From assembly GCA_977018835.1 (NCBI GenBank), contig OZ361257.1, positions 62,001-126,000 on the forward strand: a stretch of 64,000 nucleotides of DNA. Reading direction: 5' to 3'. The DNA is from Minutocellus sp. GHC0000111. Lineage: Eukaryota. The notes below the pieces were generated by a model. That model worked only from the letters and a program-made list of their open reading frames with translations. It was not told the origin of the DNA and did no database searches. The position numbers and the translations under genes were made by a program. How positions within the stretch are numbered: position 1 is the stretch's first letter; each line of letters opens with the position of its first letter. Below are positions 46,679 to 61,117 of this stretch, in pieces.

Positions 46679-48984
46679 ATGGTTTTGATTGATCTGATTT
46701 CAACTTCAAGGAGGAGGGATAGAATCGGGCGGTTTGCGCTTCGTCCCACCTTACATGATGTCGGTACGCAGCCTCAAAATGATATTTCGTCTGACTTTTT
46801 CTTTGAGACTTGCAACAAAGAGTTCACTGAATTTCTTGGCCTTCTTGCACGTCAAGGATTGTTGGTGACTCATCTGAAGCAAAGGGACAGTTCGACGCTC
46901 AAATCACTTGATTCTTTCTGGATGACTGATGAATCAGGCAAAAGATTTTCTCAGCTTTTGCGCATGGGCGACAAGAATGAAGCAGGTTCGAAGACAGCAA
47001 TGGCAGAAAGGTCGTTCTTAAAGCAATCTTTGTCAAAACTCCATCCCATTCTGCATGCGATCTTGGAAGGAATCTTTGTCCATTTGCACATATCGTTATG
47101 GCATTCTAATGTTTCTTTGGTTTCTCACTGGAAGATGCATGCAAGGACGGACATTGCTTTGGGCTCGCAGGACATCATTTGGAGTACTGGTCTCAAAAAC
47201 TTTGTTGTAAAGCAACGAAAAGATAGTTTTGTAATCTCATCCAGGTGGACAGATCAAACTTCGGACGTAGGATTTGACAGTTGTTGTTTCCCTGTGAGGA
47301 AATTTAGACTTCAGATTGAAAATCCTACCTCTCAAAGGACATGCACGCCTTCTGGTAAATGTCCCGGTGTATGTGATATTCTTCCATTTGATTCCTTGTG
47401 TTGCTCTGTGCAGCGAGAACCTTCAGTCCTTTTGACTCATGGAAAATCTGGTTATGGAAAGACGTGGAAATGCGAGAAATGCTTCTTGGCAGTTGATCAA
47501 CCAAGGTCTGGTTTCAGAAGACCACTGAGAGGTAAGTGCTGCTTTTTGCTAGCTCAATGCGTGCGAAGCTGGGAAGAATGCCTAGTAACAAGATGATTTT
47601 GAATGGGCTCATTTCATCTCAATTATAAATCTTTTCGTCTACCATGTACCATGCAAGCACGACCTGACCTCCCCTTGGATCTCTTTGTGGGAACAACAAA
47701 GAAACGGGGGAGCCGAATGATTTCATGTTTGGCATATGTAGAGTTGCCGTTAAACCGCATCTCGTGCGATTCTGTGTTACTTTTTTATGATTTCGATCTT
47801 GTGTGCACACCTATTACCAACACCAAGACTATGTCGATGGAATCAGAGAGGTCAGGACAATTTGAACTGCAAGGCCTGTGTGCAATTCGATCAACAACAT
47901 CAATACACAGAGGCTTGGACACGCTTCGACAGAGAGCAAAGGATTTGCACCTCACCGTACCTGCACAAGGAAGCAAGATGGTTGCATTGGCTACATCAAG
48001 AGACATGGATGCAGTGCCTTTGACAATGTTTGACAAAGTGTTTGAAGTGCACAAGCCAAGAGAAATGACAGACGAGCACTTGTTATAGAAATATTCTCCC
48101 CAGGATCAACCGTTCTCAACAACAGTGAGCAGTCTGAACAATTCATTGAAGCGGTCACCCTCCAAAATTGTGGTTGTACTTGGCCTGAGTTTATGCAAAA
48201 GTGTCGCAAGAGCATCATTGATCAACAAAATGAAAATCCCAGGAGAGGTGCTCTTGACCTTGAAATCACGAAACCGGCAATCAAGATTTTGGGCGATGCA
48301 TTTGCCCAATACAAACTCAAAGAATTCACAAGACAAGGCGACAATGGCATAAAAGTTTGGAGTCCAAGTGAGCTTACAAGTTTTCTTGACGCTTACAGAA
48401 ATGGCATTGACAGCGGGGCCCTCCTGCCGTGGGAGCAGCGCCGAGAATGGGCACAGCTTGAGGCTGGGATATTGACGCCATTGTGCCACTCGCAGGAACT
48501 GAACTCTTTGCTGCGACAGGACAATGACAATTGCTTCAAAGCAACGCAGTGGGAGAATCTTGCTGGGGTCTTGTTGGCTGGAGCTTCAGGAAAAGGGAAG
48601 TCATCTGTTGCCCGCCACTGTGCAGCGTTTGCATCGTCTCTCCTTCCCACCCTTTGCTTGATTGAAGTAAACTGTGTGTGCCTTGTGCGAAAGGAAATGG
48701 GTGAATCGGAAAGAGCCATTAAACAAGTATTTGATTTGGCAAGGAGTGCTGCTCCTAGTGTGTTAGTGCTTGATGGCATAGACAACATAGCCACAGTTCG
48801 TGGCAAGGACAGCACCACTCATGGCACTATGGACAGAATCCTTTCCACTCTATTAATGCAATTGGATGGCTTTCAAGGAGATCGGAGGCAGCCAGCTGTA
48901 ATTGGTGTGGCTGGTCAGAGTGACTGGGTTGATCAGGCTCTTCGTAGGCCAGGGAGATTGGCAATGACCATAAACATATCTTAA
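46679..48984 (+). pseudogene. Degenerate two-module AAA ATPase (CDC48/PEX6/SPATA5-like) split over several frames
   Basis: GKSGYGKT and GASGKGKS Walker A motifs, VLVLDGID, DRILSTLLMQLDG, DQALRRPGRL in three separate ORFs. Confidence 0.7.
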
Positions 48985-49749
48985 ACTACCAATTCATCGT
49001 CTTAAACTAGTCTGTGCAGCACAATTAATTTCATTTCATTTTACTACGGCTGCTGTGGCCATGGCAGCTGTACCGAAAGGTAAGCTGTTCTGCTCCTGGC
49101 AGGTAGCCTTAGCACAAGCTCTTTCATGTTGCCCAATGCTCCCACCAATTCTGCTGTGCCATGGCAAGGACAGTTTGTCACAGGGGACACTGTGTTGGAC
49201 TCAACACTCTGTTGTCAACTGGGGGATGCTTCGCTATGGATACTTCGCATGTCTTGTTACCTAACGATTCTCATTCTCATGACTATTGTCGGATGGGGAG
49301 ATTGTGCACTTGACATGATTTGATCCATGGTCAACATATACTGTCGTGGAATGGAGGTCAGATCTTACCAAGATCTCGTAAGAGCCGAAATCCGAGATCT
49401 TCAGATCTGCAACGACTTTTGTCCACTTCACTTTCTTCTCAGTCAGCTGCTGGGTCAAGTTAACATTTATTAAATTTAGTGAACCGGTAGCTAGTAGGTG
49501 CCGGTTGTTCGTCACAATCGATTAAACCTCATGTACCGCATCAATAAAATCTCATGTACTCCTACGTAGAATTTGGCACAACAATAAACCTTTACTGTAG
49601 AATTTGGCATGAGACAGTGATTTATCTGTTGGGGTTTCCATTGCCTTAATTTCATTGGTTATAATTATTGTTTTAAGCAGGCACTTGTACTTTTATTCAC
49701 TCCTTTTTCTGCATAACGCTGGTTATAATGATTGTCTTCAATAGTCACG

Positions 49750-51612
49750 TCATGACAACTGCATGGGCTCTCCTCCGACTCCATGATCCATTGTGCCTCT
49801 AGCTCCATCCATGGCTTTAAGTAGTTTGTTTGGGTCACAGTTGGTTGCAAGCCACCCGTGCGATAGTGCCTGATCAGCGGTGCACCTGTACTCAGTATTG
49901 TAGGATAGAAGGGGTGAAACAAATGCCATCGCCTCGTCAGACACATCACGGAACAGTTCGTGGGGGAACGTGTACTCGCCCTGGACAATTGATGCCTTTA
50001 TGGCTTCGTCATTTTTTCCGTAGAAAGGCGGGGCGCCACTTAGCAACATGTAGACAATTACGCCCAGGGACCAAAGGTCGCAGGCCTCGGTGTATGACTT
50101 CTTCAAAACTTCAGGTGCAACATAATAGCTGCTACCCACTACTCGGCTCAGACGATGGCCAGGAGTGAAATGGGTGTAAAGACCAAAGTCAATCAGCTTC
50201 AGGGGACTCCAAACATCTTTCCCGGACTCAAGGACCCAGTTTTCTAGCTTCAAGTCTCGATGACAAATATTCCTAGAGTGGAGGAACGCAACGGCAGAAA
50301 GCATTTCTGCAACTGTCTTGGCTGCGCATTCATGGATCACGTTCATAACGGATGAAAAGAGAGAGGGGGCGGTATATGTACGGGAATGCATCCATTCACA
50401 TGTACTTGCTGTTAGGATGGATTGATACACAAGACATGAATGATTACTTCACAGGAGCCAACAGCTCGACGTACTTACCAGCATATGCCTCGGTTACACC
50501 GTGCTTTGGGTGCGTGGTCAATAGATGAAGAGATCTCCTCCGCGCCCTAGCTCCGTGATAATAAAGAGCTCGTTATCGACACAAAAAACGTCGTAGAGAC
50601 GAATTACATTATCGTGACCTCGAAGCTCACGAAGCACATTTACCTCCTCCTGAAGCTTCGCGATGTATTTTGGGTCGTTCCTAAGGACAACACACTTACA
50701 GGCAAATTTCTTCCTCTTGCCAGCACCAGAACTAGAGCCAGATGTATGCCCCTCGGCTTCGCCGCGAGATGCTATACAAACCTGCCCGTAAGACCCCTTC
50801 CCAATTACAAGGTCTCTGTGCAGGAGGTAAGCTGGACGACGATGCACCGAATGATGCGAGTTTGACGTGGAAACTGCGGGGGGATAACTTGACTGTGACG
50901 ATGATGGATCTTGGGGTGGGGTAACCGATGCGGTCATCTTGGATGGATAGTCTTGGGTACCAACTGGGCGGGGCATGGATCCATCGTCGTAGTTATGGTG
51001 TTGCGGTGGATTTGTAGATGTAGCACCATGAGGAGCATTTGTTGGTCCTCCGTTCGATCCGACTTGTGTGTGACAGGTTGTTTGTCCGTTGTTGGTAGAA
51101 TGTTGGTGGTGTCCTGCCCGTTGTCTGTTTGAGGACGACTGTCCTGATGATCTGCGAGAGCTGCTGCTGCGAGCGCGATTCCTTGGCTCAACGGCGTCTT
51201 CTTGTCCCACATTGGAGACACTGCGTCGTGAACGACTCGTGCTTCTTCTCTGTTGGCCACTAGAACCTCCGCCTACGGCTGTGTGGCCAGCATGGTACGT
51301 CTGGTGGGGAGATGCAGAATGATGCTGGTGATAAGGTTTACTCAATCGCCCGTCGGAATAGTGGCTGTTTCCTTCGATCATGTCCACGGCTGGACCAGAT
51401 GGTCCAGAGTAAGCAACCACGCCCTGGGACTGTGGAGCGATCGCGTAATGATTTGCTGCAGCTGCTGTCGCTGCTGGCGTCATGTTCGGTTGGGCAGACG
51501 AAATTGATCCGTTCTCCACCGAATACCCGGCCACTGCTGCTGGAGGCCCTGCAGCGGAAGATGAGGAGATGTTGCTGTTGCTTCCTTTCCCCCGTTTCAG
51601 CCACTTGCTCAT
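49750..51612 (-). CDS. CAMK/CDPK-like Ser/Thr kinase; exons 51612-50479, 50321-49750; 1-nt frameshift near 50527
   Basis: IGKGSYGQV, ACK, HRDLKLEN, DFG, YYVAPE, DLWSLG; GGDLF continues as HLLTTHPKHGVTEAYA in a shifted frame up to a GTAAGT donor. Confidence 0.85.
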
Positions 51613-52499
51613 TGTGACCAAAACCGAGCTCGATTGCCAACTGTATCGCTGGTCAGGGTACAAAAGGGACGGTGGCCGAAAGCAGAAAATTACAAGTTCT
51701 TAATTGGATTTCCCCTCTCGCCAAATTCAGGGTGATCAATTTCGATCGTCAGGTAATTGGACAACACCAAAAGATGAAAGAACTATGCTTATCACAAGCA
51801 ACAATGCTACCGGGTAGAGAAGATTAGAGCTGCAGTGGAAAGTCTAACCGGTGCTCACTCCTTCACTTGCTACGTAGCACTTCTATCAGCCCAGTATCGC
51901 CTGTGTTGCCCAGCATTGGCGAGCAAAAGAGTAATTTTAGCGATGCTTGTAGGCTACAAGACCTTGCGTACGGTAAGCTCATACCTAGCTAGCTCTAGCT
52001 AGCTAGCTACGTAGCTACGTAGGTAAGAGTAAATGAGTTTGGTCCCGACAAAAACATATTGGTCCCGCAAATCTATCTATCATAATGGTGGTGGTTCGTG
52101 GTTCGTCCCGCTAAATATAGCTTAAATCTATCTATCATGATGAAAAGTTAGAACCAAATTCAATTGAATAGGTAGCCTCATTTGCATCAGTAAGAACGAA
52201 TATCAATAACATAAACTAAAAAACGCAATTGTAAACATTGTAGGATAAGGTTGAGGGGTAGAGGTAAGGGTCAGTACATGTAGATCTACTCGAGGTCACG
52301 ATCTCTCCAAGCGTTGGGGTTGTTGGCCGGTACGAAGCCTTCGAAGGTAGCTGCCAGATTAAGTCTGGTTGATTGACTCCTGGTTGTTCTTCTCGGCACG
52401 GGTACTTCTGTGTCGTCCTCGACCGTTGCAATTACCGATGCTACTGTAGCATTATTAAGAGCTATCATAATAATACATACACATGTGTGCATGTATATG

Positions 52500-52977
52500 T
52501 ACAGTCCGTTTTCACCTGTAAGCACAAAGGAATTTGAGCTGAGGTCTCGATGTGCATATGCCCATCAATAATCGAGGGTCTGGGTTAAGCACGTGCTTAT
52601 CCAACAATGACGTGGCAGATGCTAAACCTTACAGGTCGGAAAATAGACGGAATCCAGCACTAAGGCACCTTAGGAGCTCTCCCAAAGAGCATAGGAATGC
52701 ATGCAGCAACTGATAGGAGTCTACATTGGCTTTATAATTTTCTTGGCTGCGTGCATGGCCCACAGCAGTGCATTTGCTCGTTCCAAATCAACATTTCATG
52801 GCCATGGTTCTTCCTTTCCGGTGGTTTCGGGGCTGCGTAGAACATCACCAAATGCTGAAACAGCGAGAAAAATAAGCACATTGCCACAGCATTTGGTCTC
52901 AATGTGCTTAGGAGAAGGCAAAATCTGAGGTCTCAACTAAGCACATTGAATGTGCTTATAGGTGAGAACAGATTGTA
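52500..52977 (+). mobile_element. MITE family B, copy 1
   Basis: TA-CAGTCCGTTTTCACCTGTAAGCAC ... GTGCTTATAGGTGAGAACAGATTG-TA. Confidence 0.85.
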
Positions 52978-53519
52978 AGAAGTTAGAGAATCAAATCCAA
53001 TTCAATTGAATACATGTAGGTTCTGGTAGCTCGCATATTTTTCATCAGTAATGACATTGTACCGGTATTTGAGAGTTAGACTCTCTAGATCTAGGAATTC
53101 CTACAGTCCGTCACCGTCAATACAGTCTAGATCTATAAGCAAGGATATTACATATCTTGGTTTGAGACATGAAGTTTTTGCCACTGATAAGGATAGTCAG
53201 ATCTCAGCTTTGCCAATTTCCTTATTTTTCTCTCATGGCAGGCCCTCAGACGCATCACCAACAAGTTGAAATCCTCGGTCGACGGTCATTCGGGTGCATT
53301 GGATTCTTCTAGAGATCTAGACTAGATCTACCGGAATGTGTGTACCGGTACCTGGGCTTCAGATGCTGACAGGCAATGCCGATTGATTCTCCACACCACC
53401 CAGCCAACAGTGCCTCGAGTGCCGAGTCAGCTAGCTAGCTTCATAGTTACTCTCCTTAGACCTATTTTTTTACATGTGTACATGGTGTTGCCGTCAACAC
53501 GTCATCACGGATTATTAAG

Positions 53520-53925
53520 CAATGACGTGGCAACACCATGTAGCAATATAACGTCTCTAAGGTGAGGAATAGCAAAGCTTTTAGCAACCACAAACCTCTC
53601 CAAAACCGCCAATAGTCTATCCAAGCTTCACGAGGCACCAAGACTTTTAGATTTAGCCCAACCTCAAGAGAAACCTCGTCGTCACCATTTATAATAAGCT
53701 TCTCACAATCCTTCTGCGAAAGATAGGAGGCGTCCTCCCCACCAAAAGTCTTGGAGGAAGTAGTCTCTTCTGGGGGCCTGCCGTGAGAGAAATATATGGA
53801 TGTTGGCAAAGCTGAGATCTGACTATCCTTATCAGGGGCAAAAAAATTATACGAGGTCTCAAACCAGGATATGAAATATCCTTTATTCATGTACACTGTA
53901 TGTAGGCGTGCATGCACTGACTGTA
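53520..53925 (-). mobile_element. MITE-like repeat, family A, inverted copy
   Basis: Reverse complement of 45212-45609; ends ACTG-TA. Confidence 0.8.
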
Positions 53926-54128
53926 GATCGAAACATGTAAACTTAGGCTCTAGCTAGTTACATGTAGGTGGGGACGGACTGTAGAGCATCTACCCTATGA
54001 ATGTAAAATAAGTCTGACCTAGAGCTACATGGGCCTACATGTATTGCTTTTTGTAAGAAGCAATTGGTATCTCATTCGTGTTATACTGTACACAGTCAGT
54101 TCTCACCTACATGTAATTGTCATACATG

Positions 54129-54612
54129 TACAGTCTGTTCTCACCTATAAGCACATTCAATGTGCTTAGTTGAGACCTCAGATTTTGCCTTCTCCTAAGC
54201 ACATTGAGACCAAATGCTGTGGCAATGTGCTTATTTTTCTCGCTGTTTCAGCATTTGGTGATGTTCTACGCAGCCCCGAAACCACCGGAAAGGAAGAACC
54301 ATGGCCATGAAATGTTGATTTGGAACGAGCAAATGCACTGCTGTGGGCCATGCACGCAGCCAAGAAAATTATAAAGCCAATGTAGACTCCTATCAGTTGC
54401 TGCATGCATTCCTATGCTCTTGGGAGAGCTCCTAAGGTGCCTTAGATCTAGCGCTGGGATTCCGGCCCTTTTTCGAGCTGTAAGGTTTAGCATCTGCCAC
54501 GTCATTGTTGGATAAGCACGTGCTTAACCCAGACCCTCGATTATTGATGGGCATAAGCACATCGAGACCTCAGCTCAAATTCCTTTGTGCTTACAGGTGA
54601 AAATGGACTGTA
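54129..54612 (-). mobile_element. MITE family B, copy 2 (inverted)
   Basis: Reverse complement of 52500-52977, TA-flanked TIRs. Confidence 0.85.
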
Positions 54613-54882
54613 CATATAGATCTATATACATGTAAACACGTGTGAGGACAAAGGATTTCGGCTCCAGCCCTGGATGTGCTTATTTTGGAATATGGAATTA
54701 CATTCGAGTGAGGTACCAATTAGATCTAGATCTAGCCCTTAGAATAAGCAATATGCCCAAAATCTCAGCCCTCTGCTAGCTAGATCTAGCACAAGGATTG
54801 TGCTTTTTCTGTACATGTACATGTAGATCTAGATCTAGACTTAGACGATGCTTATTGATGGGGACGGACTGTACTAGATCTC

Positions 54883-55067
54883 TACAGTCCGTCCCCGAAA
54901 ATAAGCATATTCAATATGCTTGTTTGAGACCTCAGATTTTGGGCCTATTGCTTATTCTAAGAAGCAATTAGTATCTCAGTCGTGTTAAAATGCTGCCTTA
55001 TTCCAAAATAAGCATATTGAGACCTCAGCTCCAGAATGGATATGCTTATTTTCGGGGACGGACTGTA
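54883..55067. mobile_element. MITE family C (about 180 bp)
   Basis: Perfect TIR TA-CAGTCCGTCCCCGAAAATAAGCATAT / ATATGCTTATTTTCGGGGACGGACTG-TA. Confidence 0.92.
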
Positions 55068-55220
55068 GATCTAGAGTCGAGTCTGCACATGTAGTACATC
55101 AATAAAAACATTTTTCTAGAGTTTATCAGATCGACATAATCAGGCGATGGAAAGTGAAGAAAGTAAAATAAGCAAAGGCAGCCGCAAATTCCGCAGTGTG
55201 TACATCTAGTCGAGTCATCA

Positions 55221-55404
55221 TACAGTCCGTCCCCGAAAATAAGCACATTTGATGTGCTTGTGTGAGACCTCAGATTCTGGGCATATTGCTTATTCCAAGA
55301 ACCAATTGGTACCTAATTCACACAGAATTCCTTATTCCTTATTCCAAAATCAGCACATTCCGACCTCAGCTCCAGAATGTGCTTATTTTCGGGGACGGAC
55401 TGTA
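55221..55404. mobile_element. MITE family C, second copy, just upstream of ARF1
   Basis: Perfect TIR TA-CAGTCCGTCCCCGAAAATAAGCACATT / AATGTGCTTATTTTCGGGGACGGACTG-TA. Confidence 0.92.
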
Positions 55405-55519
55405 CTCTTCTACCGTAAATGTAGGGCAAGTTCCTACAATAGGTTGACATAAACCAAATCAAGAACCGTTGCCATTGCTTTTGGAATCTTGTCTTGCAAA
55501 GCCGAAGCAAAAAGCAAAG

Positions 55520-56732
<1,213 letters not shown>

Positions 56733-57014
56733 ACCGACAGCAGTGTGCGCACATGGGGGATTGTTTCACCGATGGAGATTTTATGTCTCGGCTGCATAGC
56801 AGATCCACCAGCAGCATTCTTTTTTCTCTGGTTAACCATACATGTAAAGATAGAAGTCGGAAAAGGTCCCTGCAAATTTAGTGTCAAACCAGATCAATTC
56901 GGACACATGTTTCCCTGCCCCTTGACGTTTCTTTATATAGTCTACATGTAGTCTTGTGTCTAGATCTAGTAGATCTAGATCTAGGGATTCCTCCTAGATC
57001 TGACTTTTAGATCG

Positions 57015-58735
57015 ACAGTCCGCCCCCGATGATACATGTAAGCATATTTGATATGCTTGCTTGGGACCTCGAATTTTAGCTGCTGGCAAGCATAAGCAGA
57101 CCTCAGCTTTAGAGTAGAACTCTAGATCTAGCGTCATGCTTATTTTTCTCTCATGGCAGGCCCTAATTGATGGTGGAGGAGACTACGTCCTCCAGGACTT
57201 TGGCAGGGATGCTCTATGTAGATCTTAATCTTTCCAGGGAGAACTTTGAGAAGCTTCGTTCTGGTGAGGAAGAGGCTTCTCTGGAGGTCGGGTTGAAGGC
57301 TTCATGTGTAGTCAAGCTGGAGTGAGGCTGGTTTTGCGGTCTGGAGAGGTTTTCACATTGTTTGCGAGTAATCCGAGTACCGGTAATGCTTCCTCTCCTT
57401 AGACCTAATTTTTGCTACATGTACTTGGTATTGCCACGTCATCATCAAATAAGCATGCACATGTATGTACATGTAGGTAGGTGAGACCTCAGCTTTTGCA
57501 TTGCCTTTCCGTAAGCATTTTGAGACCTCAGCCCCAGAATGGATATGCTAATTTACGGGGACGGACTGTACCGGTACATGTAGATCTACGTGTATGTAGA
57601 TCTATATACATGTATAGGTTCTCTACAGTCCGTCCCCATCTAAAAGGATGCATGTACCGGTATCCATTTGGGACCTGAGGTCTGAAAATCCTTATCACGA
57701 AGCAAAATCTTGTAGATCTAGAGTCTAGGTCTCAAATGAGGATATTCTTATTTTTCGTGATGACGTGGAAACACCTTTGTAGCAAAAATAAGGTCTTAGG
57801 AGAGCAAGCACGAAGCTTTCGCCTACATTACATGTACCAGTACATTACAAACCTCTCCAGATCGAGTGAAGCCTTGTCATTGCCATTAAGAAGCTCCTGT
57901 GAAAGATAGGAGGCGTCCTCCCCGCCAAAGTCTTGGACAATGATGGAAATGGCCTTGGTGATGCTGACGCCCCATGACCTGCCTTGAGAGAAAAATAAGG
58001 ATACATATGTACTAGCAAAGCTAAGGTCTGACTATCCCTACATGTATCAGTGGCAAATATTTGAGGTCTCAAACCAAGATATGAAATATCCTTATATACT
58101 GTATAGAGTCCGTTCTCACCTATAAGCACATTCAACATGCTTACATACATGTACATGTAGTTGAGACCAATGATTGAGGCCGAGCCAAAAGCATATTGTG
58201 ACCAGTGATCTGAAACGAATATGCTTATATAGGTGAGAACAGACTGGAAGCATATTGGGGGCTGATGCCCGGATCAAATATGCTTCTGGGCGAGAACGGA
58301 CTGTAGATGGGGACGGACTGTATTTGATGATGACGTGGCAGATGCTAATCTCACCACACCAGTGCACCAGAAAGAGTAAAAAACCACCTGTGTCAGGTGT
58401 CATAAAAAAGTCTCTTCAACAGCATGTAGATCTATCTAGAAATATTGATAAGGGTCATGTCAACCAAAGCTGCTCTCTACATGTACGTTTGCCCTAAAAT
58501 GCACCTCATGTACGGTACCGGCACTCATTCATCATGGCTACGGTACCGGTACTAGATCTAGATCCATCTAGCTAGAGATCTAGACGTCTACTTTGCGTTC
58601 GTTGGGGTGGTTGCGGAGCTGCGTAATGGCGCACCATGTCTCAAATTGCTTAGATCTAGATCTAGAAGGAGGGAAAATCATACATGTAGGTCTCAGCTAA
58701 GATTTTTTATACATATAGGTGAGAACGGACTGTAG
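57015..58735. mobile_element. Cluster of degenerate/nested CAGT...ACTG MITEs (families A/B/C)
   Basis: Multiple TIRs (57016, 57570, 57624, 58104, ~58300-58322, ~58733) and internal segments homologous to 45212-45609. Confidence 0.75.
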
Positions 58736-59348
58736 GTAGATCTCTACGTGTGTAAGTCTCACTTTGAGACTGGCCGATGTTCTGAGGGAAATGGATTCCC
58801 AGCCCGTCATTCGAGTAGTCTAGATCTAGATCTACCGGTACATGTAGATCTAGGGAATACATGTACGGGTACATGTAGAATCTAGATCTAGATCTACTAG
58901 ATCTAGATCTACGAGCAATTCCGAGGCTATAGGAGCGGCCCCCAATATCACTACGAATAAGAGAGACGATGTTTCTATATTGTGAATCGCATTGACCCTA
59001 TTGACTTTGCACTCAATATTACAATTCGATAAACGTTTGCGTACGTGTAGATCTAGATCTACCGGTACCGATCTATATAACCTAACCCGGTACCGAGATC
59101 TACCGTATATTATTCTAGATCTACTAGATCTAGACCTCTCTAGACTCCTCTACATTTAGAGTAGATCTAGATCTACTTGTAGATCTAGCTAGAGGGCTCT
59201 CGATCGACGACTCCTTCCTGCGAATTTTACGTACGTTCGGAAGAGTCGTCTTGTACGGACTATCTACACTTTGTACCTACGGTAGGTATTGGTAGTAGGG
59301 AAAAAGCAGCAGCAAAGCATCACATTTTATTCTTCTGGTTGAATTGAC

Positions 59349-60175
59349 ATGTAAGTCGTGAAAGTTCCAATCTTTTCATCTTTTTTGAACGATTTTCAAA
59401 ATTTCCTTTCCAAGTACTCATCAGTGTACGATGGCCTTTTTTTCCTTTTCGTTTGACGCAGGTCCAATCCAAAGTGCTACTTTGACATTACTATCGGCGA
59501 CAAGCCTGCGGGTCGGATCGTCATGGAGCTTCGTGCAGATTGCGTCCCAAAGACAGCCGAGAATTTTAGGGCCCTCTGCACTGGCGAGAAGGGTTTTGGC
59601 TATGCCGGCTCTTCTTTCCATCGAGTTATCCCCGGCTTGTAAGTTACTCGCCCTCTTTTTTTTCAACCTCTTTTTGTTGTGGAATGTTCCCATTGATTCA
59701 TTTTTACCATTTTCCCGACATGCCCCCCCTCCATTCGCTTGACCTCGCAGCATGTGTCAAGGAGGAGACTTCACCAACCATAACGGCACTGGTGGAAAGT
59801 CCATTTATGGCTCTCGATTCGAGGATGAGAACTTCAAACTGAAGCACACCGGGCCTGGAATCCTGAGTATGGTGAGTAAATGAACGTTAGAGATCCGACA
59901 GTTCCTTTCCAATTCGTGTCATTCATGTCCTGAAACGTATATTCATTAAAACTTTTCGCATGTTATTTTCACACTCTCAGGCAAACGCCGGACCGAATAC
60001 CAACGGCAGCCAGTTCTTTTTGTGCACTTCCGATACTGCGTGGTTGGATGGAAAGCACGTCATTTTTGGCTCGGTGGTTGAGGGAATGGATGTTGTCAAG
60101 GCAATTGAAAGTGTTGGTTCCCAGTCTGGTGCCACTCGCTCAAGAGTCGTTATTGCTAGTTCTGGTCAGATCTAA
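59349..60175 (+). CDS. Cytosolic cyclophilin A-type peptidyl-prolyl isomerase; coding exons 59349-59350, 59462-59638, 59751-59871, 59981-60175
   Basis: [13 protein letters not shown]...[36 protein letters not shown]...[23 protein letters not shown]. Confidence 0.95.
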
Positions 60176-60322
60176 GGAGAAGAGAGGTTGAAAAGACACG
60201 CTGTCCGCACTCCTCTCGATCTAGCTACGGTAGATCTAGGAGATAGCTTTTAGACGTCTAGTACATGTAGACTCTCAAGCTGTCTCTAGATCTCTTAGTT
60301 CTACATGTAGGAATTCCTACGT

Positions 60323-61117
60323 ACAGTCCGTCCGCGATAGATCTAATAATAAGCACATTTGATGTTCTAATGTGGTTGGGTTAGACCTCAGTTTTATGCT
60401 GCTGATAAGCACATTGAGACCACAGCTTTGGCGCTGTGCTTATTCTTCTCTCAGAGCGACTGTATGATGACATGGAGAGATTGACTGTATTGCTTGAACA
60501 CGCGTGCTACGCGCAGATAGATCTAGTAGCAATAGTTCCTCTCCTTAGACCTTATTCTGCAACAACACGGTGTTGCCACGTCATCTTACCGGTACAGTAC
60601 CGGTACCGGTAGATCTACGAAGCTAGCGGCATTCACGGCACTGCAGTGTCGTAAGCGTATGACAATTTTCACAATACAGTCCGTGCACACCAATAAGCAT
60701 ATTTGATATGCTTGTTTGAGACCTCAGATCTTCGGCATATTGCTTATTGTAAGAACCAATTGGTATTTCATCAGTATGAAAACCCTTATTCGAAAATAAG
60801 CATATTGAGACCTCAGCTCCAGAATGTAATGATTTCTACCATGGTACCTTGGTAAGAGTAAAGTAAATCACTCAAATAACAAGAATAAATGATACTCGAA
60901 GTTCTTGCTGCCCATTTCCATGCATGCCTGGAAGGAATGTCTTCATTCCACCCCCTGCTCGCCATTTCCACTTTTCCTGGTCCTTGCTGGTCCAGCATTT
61001 GCCACGTCATAATCCGATGAGCATATGCTTAGCCCAGGGCTCAAAATATCGCAGGTGCTAAGCAATTTTGGTGCTGAAGCCCAGATCGAAAATGCTTATA
61101 GGTGAGAACGGACTGTA
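60323..61117. mobile_element. MITE cluster including an element at 60675-61117 with mixed TIR types
   Basis: TA-CAGTCCGTGCACACC at 60675 and GGTGAGAACGGACTG-TA ending at 61117; another TA-CAGTCCG at 60323. Confidence 0.75.

Noticed and set aside
49261..49515. Kinase gene from the LKISDFG motif
   Set aside because: No other kinase subdomains and surrounded by stops; at most a relic
45200..54405. Duplicated ORFs (45200/53462 and 52701/54178) as protein genes or transposases
   Set aside because: They lie inside MITE copies and have no DDE or HTH motifs; the identity reflects recent DNA duplication
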